64,000 bases of DNA from Bacteroidota bacterium (GCA_018266765.1 JAFDZU010000005.1:24312-88311), one strand, 5' to 3'; counted from the first letter of the stretch, positions 10,151 through 20,593 are shown. The notes: a model not told the origin generated them from the letters alone. A program made the numbers and translations.

Positions 10151-10672
10151 TTAATTATTCAAATGTATATTTTTAAGAGTTGACCAACGTTCGTCAACTG
10201 TTTGCTCTTTATTGATATCAATGTTTGTTTCCGTACTACTGTCTTCCCGTTCTTTATCTCTAAATTGTGGGGATATTCGTTTCATAGGCAAATGAAGCGC
10301 AAGTTCTTCGCGCACATCATCAGTTAAATCTATAAACGATTCATCTTCACGGATAACATACACATTTTCGCTCGTATCTTCTTGCAATAAGAAAACTTGC
10401 GTGTCTGCTAGATACGATACTGTAATAGGAGCAGAGATTACTTCAGTATATTCAACGAGTGTTCGGTCGCAAACAAGCAATGCATTGCAAGTTGCACTTC
10501 CTTTGAAACTATACCGCTTCCCGAATTTCGTCAGAACCCCTGACAGTGAAATTTCACCGAAGAATTCAGGAAATATATATGGTATTTCACTTGCTTGCGC
10601 TGAGAGAGAAATATCCGTATTTCCGTCTTTTAACCCTTGAATTGATATCGTCAACATGGTGTTTTTACACAT
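10151..10672 (-). CDS. yceD: YceD/DUF177 family protein (large-subunit rRNA accumulation)
   Basis: 173 aa acidic protein with Cys pairs, located immediately upstream of rpmF-plsX as in the conserved yceD-rpmF-plsX arrangement. Confidence 0.65.
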   Translation of the reverse strand: MCKNTMLTISIQGLKDGNTDISLSAQASEIPYIFPEFFGEISLSGVLTKFGKRYSFKGSATCNALLVCDRTLVEYTEVISAPITVSYLADTQVFLLQEDTSENVYVIREDESFIDLTDDVREELALHLPMKRISPQFRDKEREDSSTETNIDINKEQTVDERWSTLKNIHLNN

Positions 10673-11359
10673 CTATTTCTATTACAGAATACAAATATAC
10701 CAATTTTGCTAATAGTATTCAAACATTCTCACAACGATTAGTTTTCGCATACGTATTTTTCTAAAAGTACTCAAAGTGTTACTCTATGCCTAATTTTAAT
10801 TGCAATGGCGTTCAGAATACATTATAGGGAATAGTTGGAGCTTCAAAACAACTGCTACATTTGATTTATAAAATCAGATTAATTGTTTATAGATGAGAAT
10901 GATAATATCTGCACAAATCTAATTTTTATAATAACAGGTTTTAATAATCAGCTCCCCTTTAACAACTCAGGTTATGTATCAAAAGTTTGAAATGTATAAC
11001 CATAGAATAAAACGAATTACGAATTACAACCCCTAGTATTTATTATCAACATTCATTCTATTGATGTTAAGTAGTTCAATAGTAGTAGCTCATTCTAAAT
11101 GCCTCGTGACTATTTCTTGGTATAGAAACAATATGTAGACTAACTTTAACTCAATCTTCAACACTATTCTAATACATTACTTTAGTTAAACACTGAGTTT
11201 TGTTTACTTTGATTTATGGCTAATTATCCATTCTCTTGGATTTTAGTCGATATAGAAAGTAAAAGTGATTATACGCTGTTAATTATCCCTTGCGATGAAT
11301 ATTCTCTTTGTAATTTTGCGATTGCAGATCATGAAAATTACAACTAATAAAAAACATCT

Positions 11360-11740
11360 ATGGAAAACCAAACAACAATTACGGGAATAGATATGATAAG
11401 TATCTATGCCGAAGACTATCCTGCATCGTTTGCATTCTACAATGGGCTTCTCGGGCTTGATGATTATTCTCCTATGGGAGATTTCGCTTGTTATTTTCGA
11501 TTGCCCGATGAGCGTGGGATGTATCTTATCGGCAAACGTATTCGAGCGGCACGACCAAAAACAGAAATTCGTACAACATTTTGTTTTGCCGTCGGTTCGG
11601 CTTCGGCAATGTTTGAAAAGCTACGCAATGCCGGGATAGAATGTTTATTTGAAGAGCCAATGGAAATGGGAAATAATTATTATTGGTTCGAGGCGGTTGA
11701 CCCTTCGGGAAATATAATCGAGTTTATAGGCAAGAAATGA
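11360..11740 (+). CDS. VOC family (glyoxalase/bleomycin-resistance-like) protein
   Basis: 126 aa, paired beta-alpha-beta-beta-beta modules (…ISIYAEDYPASFAFYNGLLGL…, …NYYWFEAVDPSGNIIEF…). Confidence 0.6.
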   Translation: MENQTTITGIDMISIYAEDYPASFAFYNGLLGLDDYSPMGDFACYFRLPDERGMYLIGKRIRAARPKTEIRTTFCFAVGSASAMFEKLRNAGIECLFEEPMEMGNNYYWFEAVDPSGNIIEFIGKK

Positions 11741-11804
11741 CAGCCCATTTTTAATGGCTGTGAGTGGAGGCAAATACAACGAATATTGAAACAAAACAAT
11801 GAAA

Positions 11805-11836
11805 CTGCATCAGAATTTCCGATGCAGTTTTTTTAT
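11805..11836 (+). terminator. Rho-independent terminator after the VOC gene
   Basis: ctgcatc-agaatttcc-gatgcag hairpin followed by TTTTTTTATT. Confidence 0.55.
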
Positions 11837-11915
11837 TGGCGAGATGTTGGGTAATTTTGGGTAATGATTCGGACTGTTCAGCTTAGATTTATGTACCAAT
11901 TACTGTTGTTATTTT

Positions 11916-14258
11916 ATGGATGAGAATTTACTTTCTGTGTGTATTATTGCCCGCAATGAAGAAAAGATGCTTGCAGAATGTTTGGAGTCTGTTGCTACAA
12001 TTGCCAATGAAATTATCCTTGTGGATACCGGGTCGACCGATGCTACTCTAAAAATTGCAGAGAACTACGGGTGCAGAATTCTTCATTACGAGTGGAATAA
12101 TAATTTCTCTGATGCACGCAATATTGCTCTTGATGTAGCACAATGTGAGTGGATATTGAGTATTGATTGCGATGAACGACTATTGAATCCCAAAGATGTC
12201 CTGTGGACACTTTCAGCAAGCAAACCCGTTACCGGAGGATATTTGGTAGATGTGCGTTCTGATGCCGCTCGCGCCGATGGAGCAACCGACACCTATTCAT
12301 CCAAACTGTTGCGTTTATTTAGAAATTCACCTGATGTTCGTTTTCAGGGAATTATTCACGAACAGGTTTTAGAATCAATTATCCAACTTGGATTAGAAAT
12401 CGAACATTCTCCCGTAAAACTTTATCACGAAGGATATAATTTATCACCGGAGGCAATGCTCTCCAAGCAAAAAAGGAATCTTACACTACTTGATATGGCA
12501 ATTCAAGAGCGTCCTACGTATGCGTATGCTTATATTAATCGAGCAAAAACGCATCTTGCTTTGGGGAATATCACACCCGCCGACAACGATATACGAAGTG
12601 CATTACACTATGCCGGGAAAAAAAGTATTGTACGTCCGCAAGCGTTATGTTACAGTGCAATTATTGCTTTTCAATCGGGGAATTACGAGCGTGCAATTAC
12701 ACAAGCAAAACAGGCATTGGAAATAATTCCACAACAGGCAATGGCACATTTTATTCTTGGTGAGGCATATTCAGCACTCGGACGCTACACAGAAGCAATC
12801 GAGAATTATACAGCAATGACGTTTGCCCAACAATCTCCCGGCGGACTCGCACAAATTGCCGGAGAATATCACTTACCACCGGAGCAGATTGCGTTTCGTT
12901 TGGGAAGAAGCTATGCCGCACTGCAATTATGGGATGAAGCAGGTGAAGAATTTAAACGTGGTTTAAAATCAAATAGCCACGAACTCGGTTGTCTTGTCGG
13001 AATTGCAAATGTTATGCTACGCAAACAATTATACGATGAAGCCGAGCAGTATTTGCAGCAAGCAGAAAAAATTGCTCCCGAGCGTGAGGATATTCGAGGA
13101 TTTTTGGCACAGATTCAGGTGCAGAGAGCCACCGCATTGCCAAAAATCCCTAAACCACCTTCAGATTTTTACAAAAAAGTAAATCTTTCGGAGAATACTC
13201 ATAAAGAAACCCCTCAAAAGAATACAACCAAAAAGCCGCTCCTCTCGCTCAGTATGATTGTAAAAAATGAAGCGAAAAATCTGGCAGGTTGCCTTGAAAG
13301 TGTTGCCAATATTGCTGATGAAATTATTATACTCGATACAGGTTCGACTGATTCAACAATGGATATTGCTCGTTCATTCAGTGCGGTCGTCTATGAGAAA
13401 GAATGGACGGGAGATTTTGCCGAAGCACGAAATGAATCACTCAAACATTGCACCGGAAAATGGATTCTTTATCTTGACGCTGATGAACGTCTGCATGAAG
13501 CAGCTCAAACGCATTTGCGTCCGATGCTCGATGCCTTACCCGATGAAATTGGTGCGGTTGTGTGTTCTATAATCAGTCCGCACAGGCAGTCCTCTGGCGA
13601 AAGTGAGGTTCATCGAGGCAGTTATCCGCGTATATTTAGGAATTATGGTTATCCGAATATGTATTTTCAAGGGAGGGTACATGAACAAATTACACCATCT
13701 ATTTTGATGCTTGGAGGACAGTTAATCCTGAGTGAAGTAGAAATACTCCATCTCGGATATGACCAGAACCGTGAAGTCATGGAGCAAAAAGTAAAACGCA
13801 ATTATGAATTACTCATCGAACACGTTAAGGAAGAACCCGAGAACAGTTATGCATGGTTTCAACTCGGACAAACACTTGGGCGGATGAATCTTGTGGAACA
13901 ATCTGAACAGGCATTGAAATTAGCAATTGAATTCGGTACGCTTTCTTCTACGATTGGTGCAAGTGCATCAGCGGCGTTGGCTCAGATTGCAGGAAACAGT
14001 AAACGATTCAATGAAGCGTTGATGTGGGCGGATGATTCACTCGAAAAAGCACCGAAACAAGCGTATGCACTTCATTTGAAAGCGTATGCACTTTTGTATC
14101 TTGGGCGAGCGCAAGAAGCAGAAGAAGCGTTTCTCGAAGTAAAGCGGAGAATTGTGGCACAACATGGCGTTCCGCACACAGGTTTTGAAATAGAGATTCC
14201 CGAACAAGCTATCGAACATGGTCTTACAGAAGCACGAAAACTACTTGAAAAATATTAA
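11916..14258 (+). CDS. Tandem family-2 glycosyltransferase with TPR repeats (GT2-TPR-GT2-TPR, 780 aa)
   Basis: Two GT2 cores begin at aa ~5 (LSVCIIARNEEKMLAECLESV…LVDTGSTD…DCDE) and aa ~437 (LSLSMIVKNEAKNLAGCLESV…ILDTGSTD…DADE). Each is followed by TPR-like helical repeats. Confidence 0.75.
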   Translation: MDENLLSVCIIARNEEKMLAECLESVATIANEIILVDTGSTDATLKIAENYGCRILHYEWNNNFSDARNIALDVAQCEWILSIDCDERLLNPKDVLWTLSASKPVTGGYLVDVRSDAARADGATDTYSSKLLRLFRNSPDVRFQGIIHEQVLESIIQLGLEIEHSPVKLYHEGYNLSPEAMLSKQKRNLTLLDMAIQERPTYAYAYINRAKTHLALGNITPADNDIRSALHYAGKKSIVRPQALCYSAIIAFQSGNYERAITQAKQALEIIPQQAMAHFILGEAYSALGRYTEAIENYTAMTFAQQSPGGLAQIAGEYHLPPEQIAFRLGRSYAALQLWDEAGEEFKRGLKSNSHELGCLVGIANVMLRKQLYDEAEQYLQQAEKIAPEREDIRGFLAQIQVQRATALPKIPKPPSDFYKKVNLSENTHKETPQKNTTKKPLLSLSMIVKNEAKNLAGCLESVANIADEIIILDTGSTDSTMDIARSFSAVVYEKEWTGDFAEARNESLKHCTGKWILYLDADERLHEAAQTHLRPMLDALPDEIGAVVCSIISPHRQSSGESEVHRGSYPRIFRNYGYPNMYFQGRVHEQITPSILMLGGQLILSEVEILHLGYDQNREVMEQKVKRNYELLIEHVKEEPENSYAWFQLGQTLGRMNLVEQSEQALKLAIEFGTLSSTIGASASAALAQIAGNSKRFNEALMWADDSLEKAPKQAYALHLKAYALLYLGRAQEAEEAFLEVKRRIVAQHGVPHTGFEIEIPEQAIEHGLTEARKLLEKY

Positions 14259-14296
14259 AGTCACAATTTTTATTTATTTATATAAAGGATAACTAT

Positions 14297-14560
14297 ATGA
14301 ATGACACAAGCATAGCAATCAAATACAAGAACAGCGATATTACTGTAGTGTGGCAACCAAATAAATGTATTCATTCCGGAATATGCGCTCGCGGGTTGCC
14401 AATCGTTTTTCGTCCTGCTGAAAAACCGTGGATTATTATGGACGAAGCATCGTCGGAGGCAATCGCCGAGCAAGTTAAAAAATGTCCGTCAGGCGCATTA
14501 TCATTTTTTGTAAATGATGGCGAGATGTTTACCCCAAGCGCAGAAGAACGAAAAGATTAA
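14297..14560 (+). CDS. Small divergent 4Fe-4S mono-cluster (Fer4_19-like) protein
   Basis: 87 aa with CIHSGIC…P…F and a distal …KKCPSGAL Cys. Pattern resembles the divergent single-cluster ferredoxin family; assignment tentative. Confidence 0.45.
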   Translation: MNDTSIAIKYKNSDITVVWQPNKCIHSGICARGLPIVFRPAEKPWIIMDEASSEAIAEQVKKCPSGALSFFVNDGEMFTPSAEERKD

Positions 14561-14594
14561 TAATCATCGGTATCAATTTTGAGAGAGAAAAACA

Positions 14595-15101
14595 ATGCGA
14601 AACGTTATTTTGAATCTTACTGTTAGTTTGGATGGTTTTATCGAAGGCCCAAATGGCGAGTATGATTGGTGTTTTACTGACCAAGACTATGGAATGTCTG
14701 AGTTCTTCCAAAAAACAGATACAATCTTTTTTGGTCGTAAAAGCTATGAATTACTAATGCAAACGGAGGGTAATCCTTTTCCCGAAATGACAAAATATGT
14801 GTTTTCTCGAACACTTCATCAGGCAGTAGGGGCAACTATTATCAGCGATAATCTTGAAAAGATGGTTAGGGAAATTAAAAGCCAAAATGGAAAAGATATC
14901 TGGTTATTTGGTGGTGCAAATCTCCTAACTGATTTTATGAATTATGGATTGGTAGATGAACTTATGATTTCTATTCACCCGCTACTGCTTGGCAGAGGCA
15001 CACCTTTATTTATTAATATCAACGATCGTATTCCGCTTGAGTTGAAAGATTCTCAAACATTTTCGACAGGACTTGTTCAATTGCGTTATCAAGTTTCATA
15101 G
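14595..15101 (+). CDS. Dihydrofolate reductase family protein (RibD C-terminal domain-like)
   Basis: 168 aa: LTVSLDGFIEGPNGEYDW…FFGRKSYE…WLFGGANL is the typical RibD_C/YwjB pattern. Confidence 0.7.
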   Translation: MRNVILNLTVSLDGFIEGPNGEYDWCFTDQDYGMSEFFQKTDTIFFGRKSYELLMQTEGNPFPEMTKYVFSRTLHQAVGATIISDNLEKMVREIKSQNGKDIWLFGGANLLTDFMNYGLVDELMISIHPLLLGRGTPLFININDRIPLELKDSQTFSTGLVQLRYQVS

Positions 15102-15144
15102 GAAATACTTACGCTATATTTTTCTTATTACTTTATTATTAATT

Positions 15145-15774
15145 ATGCACATACTTGTTGCTATTTTCAGTTATTTAATCGGTACAATTCCGAGCGCATA
15201 TTTACTCGTTAAATTCCTTACAGGCAAGGATATTCGAAGTGAAGGCAGTGGAAATGTTGGTGTATTAAACAGCTACGAAATAACAGGAAGCAAACTATTA
15301 GGAGCGATTGTTCTGCTTATTGATTTGGCCAAAGGATACGGAGCGGTAATGCTTGCTCGAATTGTGATGGATAATGAATTTTTTAGTGCGGCACTTGCGG
15401 GAATAATGGTTGTTATTGGTCATAATTTTAATGTGTTTTTGCGTGGGAAAGGCGGGCGAGGACTCGCTACGGCTGCTGGGGTTTCGCTGGCAATTAACCC
15501 ACTAACATTGATTTTCTGGTGTATAATGTGGGCAACGGGATATTTTGCAATAAGACGAAATGTTCATGTTGGAAATATCGCAGGTACACTCGGGGCGGCT
15601 GTACTTGTGGCGACTGCACCAACCGCAATTGTGCGGTGGTTTATGCAATTGCCCTGCGAGCCGCTACTACAACACACTATATTTGTTATGTTTATGTGTA
15701 TGCAGATATTTATCCGTCATTTAGAACCAATGCGCGAGCTATTAGATAAATGGAGCAATGAACCCGATGAATGA
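15145..15774 (+). CDS. plsY: Glycerol-3-phosphate acyltransferase PlsY; start chosen at ATG 15145 rather than the overlapping TTG at 15073
   Basis: …YLIGTIPSAYLL…GSGNVGVLN…VIGHNF…LRGKGGRGLATAAG motifs of PlsY, with multiple TM segments. Confidence 0.85.
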   Translation: MHILVAIFSYLIGTIPSAYLLVKFLTGKDIRSEGSGNVGVLNSYEITGSKLLGAIVLLIDLAKGYGAVMLARIVMDNEFFSAALAGIMVVIGHNFNVFLRGKGGRGLATAAGVSLAINPLTLIFWCIMWATGYFAIRRNVHVGNIAGTLGAAVLVATAPTAIVRWFMQLPCEPLLQHTIFVMFMCMQIFIRHLEPMRELLDKWSNEPDE

Positions 15775-15777
15775 TAC

Positions 15778-15833
15778 AAAACTCTTTTTTACATGAATTC
15801 ATGCAATTTATGAAAGAGTTTGCGACGTTTTTT
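15778..15833 (+). terminator. Possible terminator hairpin after plsY
   Basis: aaactcttt / aaagagttt stems enclose the perfect palindrome catgaattcatg. T-run follows 6 nt later. Confidence 0.3.
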
Positions 15834-16122
15834 ACAATTTTGTGTTATTCATTACAAGACACAATCAATTCGTTATTGCATAATAAAATTAATAGAAACG
15901 GATAAACGAAGGAAGATTGTTGTAACCTTTCAGATAACAAGTGGTTCCTCTAGTATCCTATTAAGATATAAAAGTATAAAATATTTTTATCAAAAAATTG
16001 ATAAATAGTGAAAACTATTTGCACATGAAGTAAATAATAACTAATTTTCGTAGCATTTTATTAAGTATGTATATTATCTTCTGTATTATCATCTAATTAT
16101 TTTCTTTAAGGAGTTTTTTATT

Positions 16123-19100
16123 ATGAAAAAACTGTACTCTCTGCTTACTGCTTTGTTGGTAGTAAGTGCGATGTTAATTTCAACGGCAAAAGCCGGGGAA
16201 ATAGATGTCAAAAAATTGCCGTCACTACTTGGTGGTGCGACAAATGCCGGAACAGAGTTCTACTTTTCGTTTCCACCTTGTTACGAAGAAGAATCAGCCG
16301 GTTTTATGAATAGCTGCCGCGTTTTTATTGCCTCCGGAGCAAAACAACTTATTACAGTTGAAATTCCAGGTAAGGGCTATAAAGTAACCAAACTTTGCCA
16401 AGCGAATGATGTTGTTGAATTTGTATTAGGCACCGGTGCTGCTCAGCCATTTTTAAAAGCAGGTAGAGCACAAGCTCCTGTTGAGCAAGTATATCCAGGT
16501 GCTGCAGTTCACGTAACGGCTCGTGCTCCTGTGGTATGCTACGGTGTTACACGCTATAATTATACAAGTGATGGTTTCCTTGCTGTACCTATATCTGCAT
16601 TAGGAAAAGAATATATCGTTGCCGCTTATCCGCAATATACGGCTGTTGGTTCAGGTTATCAACTGACAAGCGAAACCACCATTAGTGCCGCATATGATGA
16701 CACCGAGGTATTTTATGAAATGGGTGGAACAATCGGTTCGGAAACCTCAGGTGGACTAAAGCCCGGAAAAATAACCAGCTTTACAATGAAAAACAAAGGT
16801 GATGTATTATGCTTTTCAAGTAATGGAGATATCCAAGATATTTCAGGAAGCCGTATCACAAGTAGTAAACCTGTCGCTGTTGTATCGGGTAATCAATGCG
16901 CTAATGTTCCTGCAGGCGTTTATGCTTGTGATTATATGTCAGAAATGGAACTTCCTACGTTTACATGGGGAAAAGAATATCACGTAACTCCTTTCTTTGG
17001 TCGTAAGAATAATCCTGTAATTCGTATTTATGCTAAAGAAAAAAATACAAAAGTCTATCGTGATGGTCAAGAATGGCTTGTAATACCTCGTACAACTCGC
17101 AAACTTGATGATGGTTATGTAGAGCGTCGCTCGTCTGACGGCAGTCCACGTGCAGTTGTTATTAGTGCAGATAAGCCAATTTATGTTGAAGAGTTAAATC
17201 CCGGTCAAACGGATGATAATGTTCCGAGTGATCCATTCATGCTTATCCTCTCTCCGCTCGAACAATATCAAAAAGAAATAGTATGGTGTACTCCGGGTGC
17301 TCTCACAAGTAATAATAACTTTAAGAGCCACTATGTTAACTTGGTGTATCAACTAACACCTGATGGAACAATTCCTGATGATTTGGAATTTGCTATATCG
17401 GTAGCCGGAAAATTTGAGTGGAAAAAAGTAAGTGCACGTTTCGGTGGTAGTCCTGGGTATATCTTTAGCGTACCTGTAAATGGTCAAACGTATGCTTGTA
17501 AGCAACTCACATTACCGGGTGACAATGTGTATCGTTTACGTGCGAAAGCACCATTTGCCGCATATGCTTATGGATTCTCTAATTATGATTCTTATGGTAT
17601 GCCTACAAGCGTTGCTTTAGGTAATCTTGAAGTAAAGGATACGGTTAAACCACGCCCTACATGGACATTAAAATGTGATGGTTCTGTTTCCGATGGTTCT
17701 GTTATCGATTATCCGGATGATGACCTTTCACGATCGAACTTAGCACTTATCTACATGGATTTGGATTCGAGTACCAATTATGATTTTAATTATGATTCAA
17801 AACACGAATTTATTGCCGGAACTACCCGTAAAACCGATTGGACTTTGAAAGTAATTGACCCAAGTATTGATGCTCGTGCATTTTTAGTATTTGTAGATCG
17901 CGCAGGAAATGATACGGTTATCGTTATTAATTATAAGGCCTTTAACTTAACGATGGAACCGAATGATTTTCTCAATTACGGGTTGATGAAAAAAGACTCC
18001 GTGCAAACCAAGACTGTTACAATTCGCAATACAGGACCAACACCTCTTACTGTTCATCGTCTTGAATTGAAAGATAACAAACAAGGCTTTACAATTGACC
18101 CAAGTATAAAATTGCCATTTATCATGGCACCGGGTGCAACAAGAGATATTAAGATTACATTTACTAATATTCCGGATGGTCTCTATAATGACCAAATTGG
18201 TATAGGTGATACTTGTGTTTTCTTCTACAAAACTCTTTTGAAAGCAGAAATAGCAAGTCCTGAAATATTAGTTGATGATTATGATTATGGAACTCGCTCG
18301 AAAGGTACACGTACAGTATGGCAACAGCTTTATGTTAAAAATGTCGGGCGTGTGGACTTAGTCGTTACAGGTGATGACCATTTAACATCAATTACAGGTG
18401 GAAATTTTGAACCAATTGGTTGGGCACAAACATATCCTGTTAAGATTCCTCCCGGCCAAAAAATTGGATTCCAAGTAGATTTTGTACCTCCTGCAGTTGG
18501 ATCATTCACGAATACAATTACATTCTCAAGTGATGCTAAGGTTGGTGATAGTTTATCGATTATAAAAGGCAAAGCTGTAGAACCTGGTTTGATTGCAACT
18601 CCTTATGACTGGAAGCGCAAAAGAATTAACCCTACCGCTCCTTATGATGGAACAATTGACCTTCAAAACGATGGTTCTGCGCCTGTTACAATTCAAAGTG
18701 CAAATGGAACAGACCCGAATTTTATTGTTGATTTAAATCAATTTACAAATCTGACTCTTGCAGCCGGAGCAAAGAAAACATTCCCTGTACAATTCAATCC
18801 TCTGACAACTGGTGATCATACTGTAACAATTAACTTTGTTACCACTACAGCGGGTGTTTCTGCTTCGTCAGAATTAAGAGGAACAGGTATAATCGGACAT
18901 TTGAAAACAACAGACATAGATTTCGGTACTACTGTTGTAGGTACTTTGATTTCAAATCGCCGTCAATATAAAGTTGAATGTGAAAAATGGGCATTTGAAG
19001 ATTCAGTTACAATTACTGATTTAGTTGCATCCGTCGGAGCAATTAATCCTGATTTGACAACATTTAGTGCTAATGGTTTCCGTTATGATAAACAAATAAT

Positions 19101-20313
19101 CGGTTTGCCAAAAACTTTATTACCCGGTGCAAGTTTTGTTGTTGATATATGTGAATTTTTAGCACCATTACAAGGTAATCATGCATCAGCACTTACAACT
19201 GTGAGTGATGCCGAAGCTCAAGTAACATCAAATTGGACAGGTATCGGTAGAGTAGATTTTGTTAAAGTTCTTGATTTAGTCGCTAATGGTGGTCGTGTTG
19301 ATAATATTTGTGTCGGTACAGAAGGATTTATTGACTGTACTATTAAAAACAAAGGAAACAGTGCATTTTTGATTGACAGTGTTGCGTTAGATCCAGATGC
19401 TCAATTTAGCATCGTAGTTCCTGCAACACCTAACGTACCATTCCCATTATTAACAACATCTGATGTTTCAGTCAGAATTAGCTTTAAGCCATCAGCAACG
19501 GGAACGAAAACAATTAAACTTCATATATTTAGTTCTGAATTAGGACGCGATACTACAGTTGAAATTACTGGTGTTGGTGTTGATTATTCAAGTGTTGCTA
19601 CTACAAAAACGCTTACTAATATTGCAATCGGAAGTAAAGTAACAGTTCCGATTACATTAAAAGATCCAATTGTAGCATCTGCTAATGTTAATAAACTAAC
19701 AGTATCGGTAACCTATGACGGTCGTTTAATTGCTCCTTCATTAGCAGAATTTACTGCCGGTGCCGCAGCGGCGGGGTTTAAAGTAACAAATGCAAAAGAA
19801 GTAACAAAAGGAACGAACGGTTTACTTACGTTCGACTTTGAGAGCACAGGTTCAATCCTAACTGCTCCGGGCGATATTATTAATATGGTGTTCTTTGTTT
19901 ATTTACCAAATGGTATTGACTTTACAGCAATTACGCCAACGATTACAGTGGTTAACAGTCAATGTGCGAAAATTACGGCTGAGCCGGGTAAAATACAAGT
20001 AAGTCCTACATGTGCATTTAACTTGCGTAAAGTTGACAGCAAAAATGTAATGTATAGTATGACTGCAATTAGCCCGAATCCAATTGGTGCTAATGGTGCT
20101 GAAGTAGAGTTTTCAGTTGGCTTGAAAGCAATGACTGAACTCTCTCTCTATAACAGCACAGGTACAAAAGTAGCAGTTATAGCAGTCGGTTCTTTAGAGC
20201 CGGGTAGTTATAGCGTAAAAGTTCCCGTAGAAGGTTTAAGCTCAGGAACATATATGTTACGTCTAAATTCCGGTCAGTATTCTGAAGAACAGCAAGTAGT
20301 TATTGTCAAGTAA
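16123..20313 (+). CDS. T9SS-secreted large surface protein (1396 aa)
   Basis: Cleavable signal peptide (MKKLYSLLTALLVVSAMLISTAKA). N-terminal ~500 aa resembles the IgGFc-binding-protein N-terminal domain (GTEFYFSFPP…, repeated beta-helix-like strands). Middle region has many Ig-like (DUF1573/ASH-type) repeats. C-terminal ~80 aa is a typical T9SS sorting domain (…LSLYNSTGTKVAVI…SGTYMLRLNSGQYSEEQQVVIVK). Strong SD AAGGAG precedes the start. Confidence 0.75.
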   Translation: MKKLYSLLTALLVVSAMLISTAKAGEIDVKKLPSLLGGATNAGTEFYFSFPPCYEEESAGFMNSCRVFIASGAKQLITVEIPGKGYKVTKLCQANDVVEFVLGTGAAQPFLKAGRAQAPVEQVYPGAAVHVTARAPVVCYGVTRYNYTSDGFLAVPISALGKEYIVAAYPQYTAVGSGYQLTSETTISAAYDDTEVFYEMGGTIGSETSGGLKPGKITSFTMKNKGDVLCFSSNGDIQDISGSRITSSKPVAVVSGNQCANVPAGVYACDYMSEMELPTFTWGKEYHVTPFFGRKNNPVIRIYAKEKNTKVYRDGQEWLVIPRTTRKLDDGYVERRSSDGSPRAVVISADKPIYVEELNPGQTDDNVPSDPFMLILSPLEQYQKEIVWCTPGALTSNNNFKSHYVNLVYQLTPDGTIPDDLEFAISVAGKFEWKKVSARFGGSPGYIFSVPVNGQTYACKQLTLPGDNVYRLRAKAPFAAYAYGFSNYDSYGMPTSVALGNLEVKDTVKPRPTWTLKCDGSVSDGSVIDYPDDDLSRSNLALIYMDLDSSTNYDFNYDSKHEFIAGTTRKTDWTLKVIDPSIDARAFLVFVDRAGNDTVIVINYKAFNLTMEPNDFLNYGLMKKDSVQTKTVTIRNTGPTPLTVHRLELKDNKQGFTIDPSIKLPFIMAPGATRDIKITFTNIPDGLYNDQIGIGDTCVFFYKTLLKAEIASPEILVDDYDYGTRSKGTRTVWQQLYVKNVGRVDLVVTGDDHLTSITGGNFEPIGWAQTYPVKIPPGQKIGFQVDFVPPAVGSFTNTITFSSDAKVGDSLSIIKGKAVEPGLIATPYDWKRKRINPTAPYDGTIDLQNDGSAPVTIQSANGTDPNFIVDLNQFTNLTLAAGAKKTFPVQFNPLTTGDHTVTINFVTTTAGVSASSELRGTGIIGHLKTTDIDFGTTVVGTLISNRRQYKVECEKWAFEDSVTITDLVASVGAINPDLTTFSANGFRYDKQIIGLPKTLLPGASFVVDICEFLAPLQGNHASALTTVSDAEAQVTSNWTGIGRVDFVKVLDLVANGGRVDNICVGTEGFIDCTIKNKGNSAFLIDSVALDPDAQFSIVVPATPNVPFPLLTTSDVSVRISFKPSATGTKTIKLHIFSSELGRDTTVEITGVGVDYSSVATTKTLTNIAIGSKVTVPITLKDPIVASANVNKLTVSVTYDGRLIAPSLAEFTAGAAAAGFKVTNAKEVTKGTNGLLTFDFESTGSILTAPGDIINMVFFVYLPNGIDFTAITPTITVVNSQCAKITAEPGKIQVSPTCAFNLRKVDSKNVMYSMTAISPNPIGANGAEVEFSVGLKAMTELSLYNSTGTKVAVIAVGSLEPGSYSVKVPVEGLSSGTYMLRLNSGQYSEEQQVVIVK

Positions 20314-20340
20314 TTTTTACTGACGATACATTTCAAACTA

Positions 20341-20377
20341 AAGCGGAGGGACTGCAAAGTCTCCTCCGCTTTTTTTA
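20341..20377 (+). terminator. Rho-independent terminator
   Basis: aagcggaggga-ctgcaaagt-ctcctccgctt followed by TTTTTTTA. Confidence 0.7.
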
Positions 20378-20593
20378 TAAGAAAAATCTTAGAAATAAAG
20401 TGGCTGTTTTTAACCAAAAATAACAGTTGCTCTACAACAAACCTGCTTTTATTTCGTTTCAATAGTCCGTAATTATAAACAAAGTCAAAAGAGTATCTAT
20501 ATATTTAAACATATATATTTAATTAAATATATCAACGAAATAAAACGGAATACTGAGTAGAATACATAATAGATTGTAAAATAAAATATACAA

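Noticed and set aside
11741-11760. First hairpin after the VOC gene (cagcc…ggctg)
   Set aside because: Short imperfect stem with no following T-run. The downstream hairpin at 11805-11836 is the credible terminator.
15820-16008. 62-aa ORF in the intergenic region upstream of the 1396-aa T9SS gene
   Set aside because: AT-rich promoter region with no RBS. Product is low-complexity (K/I/Y-rich). More likely non-coding leader or promoter sequence.
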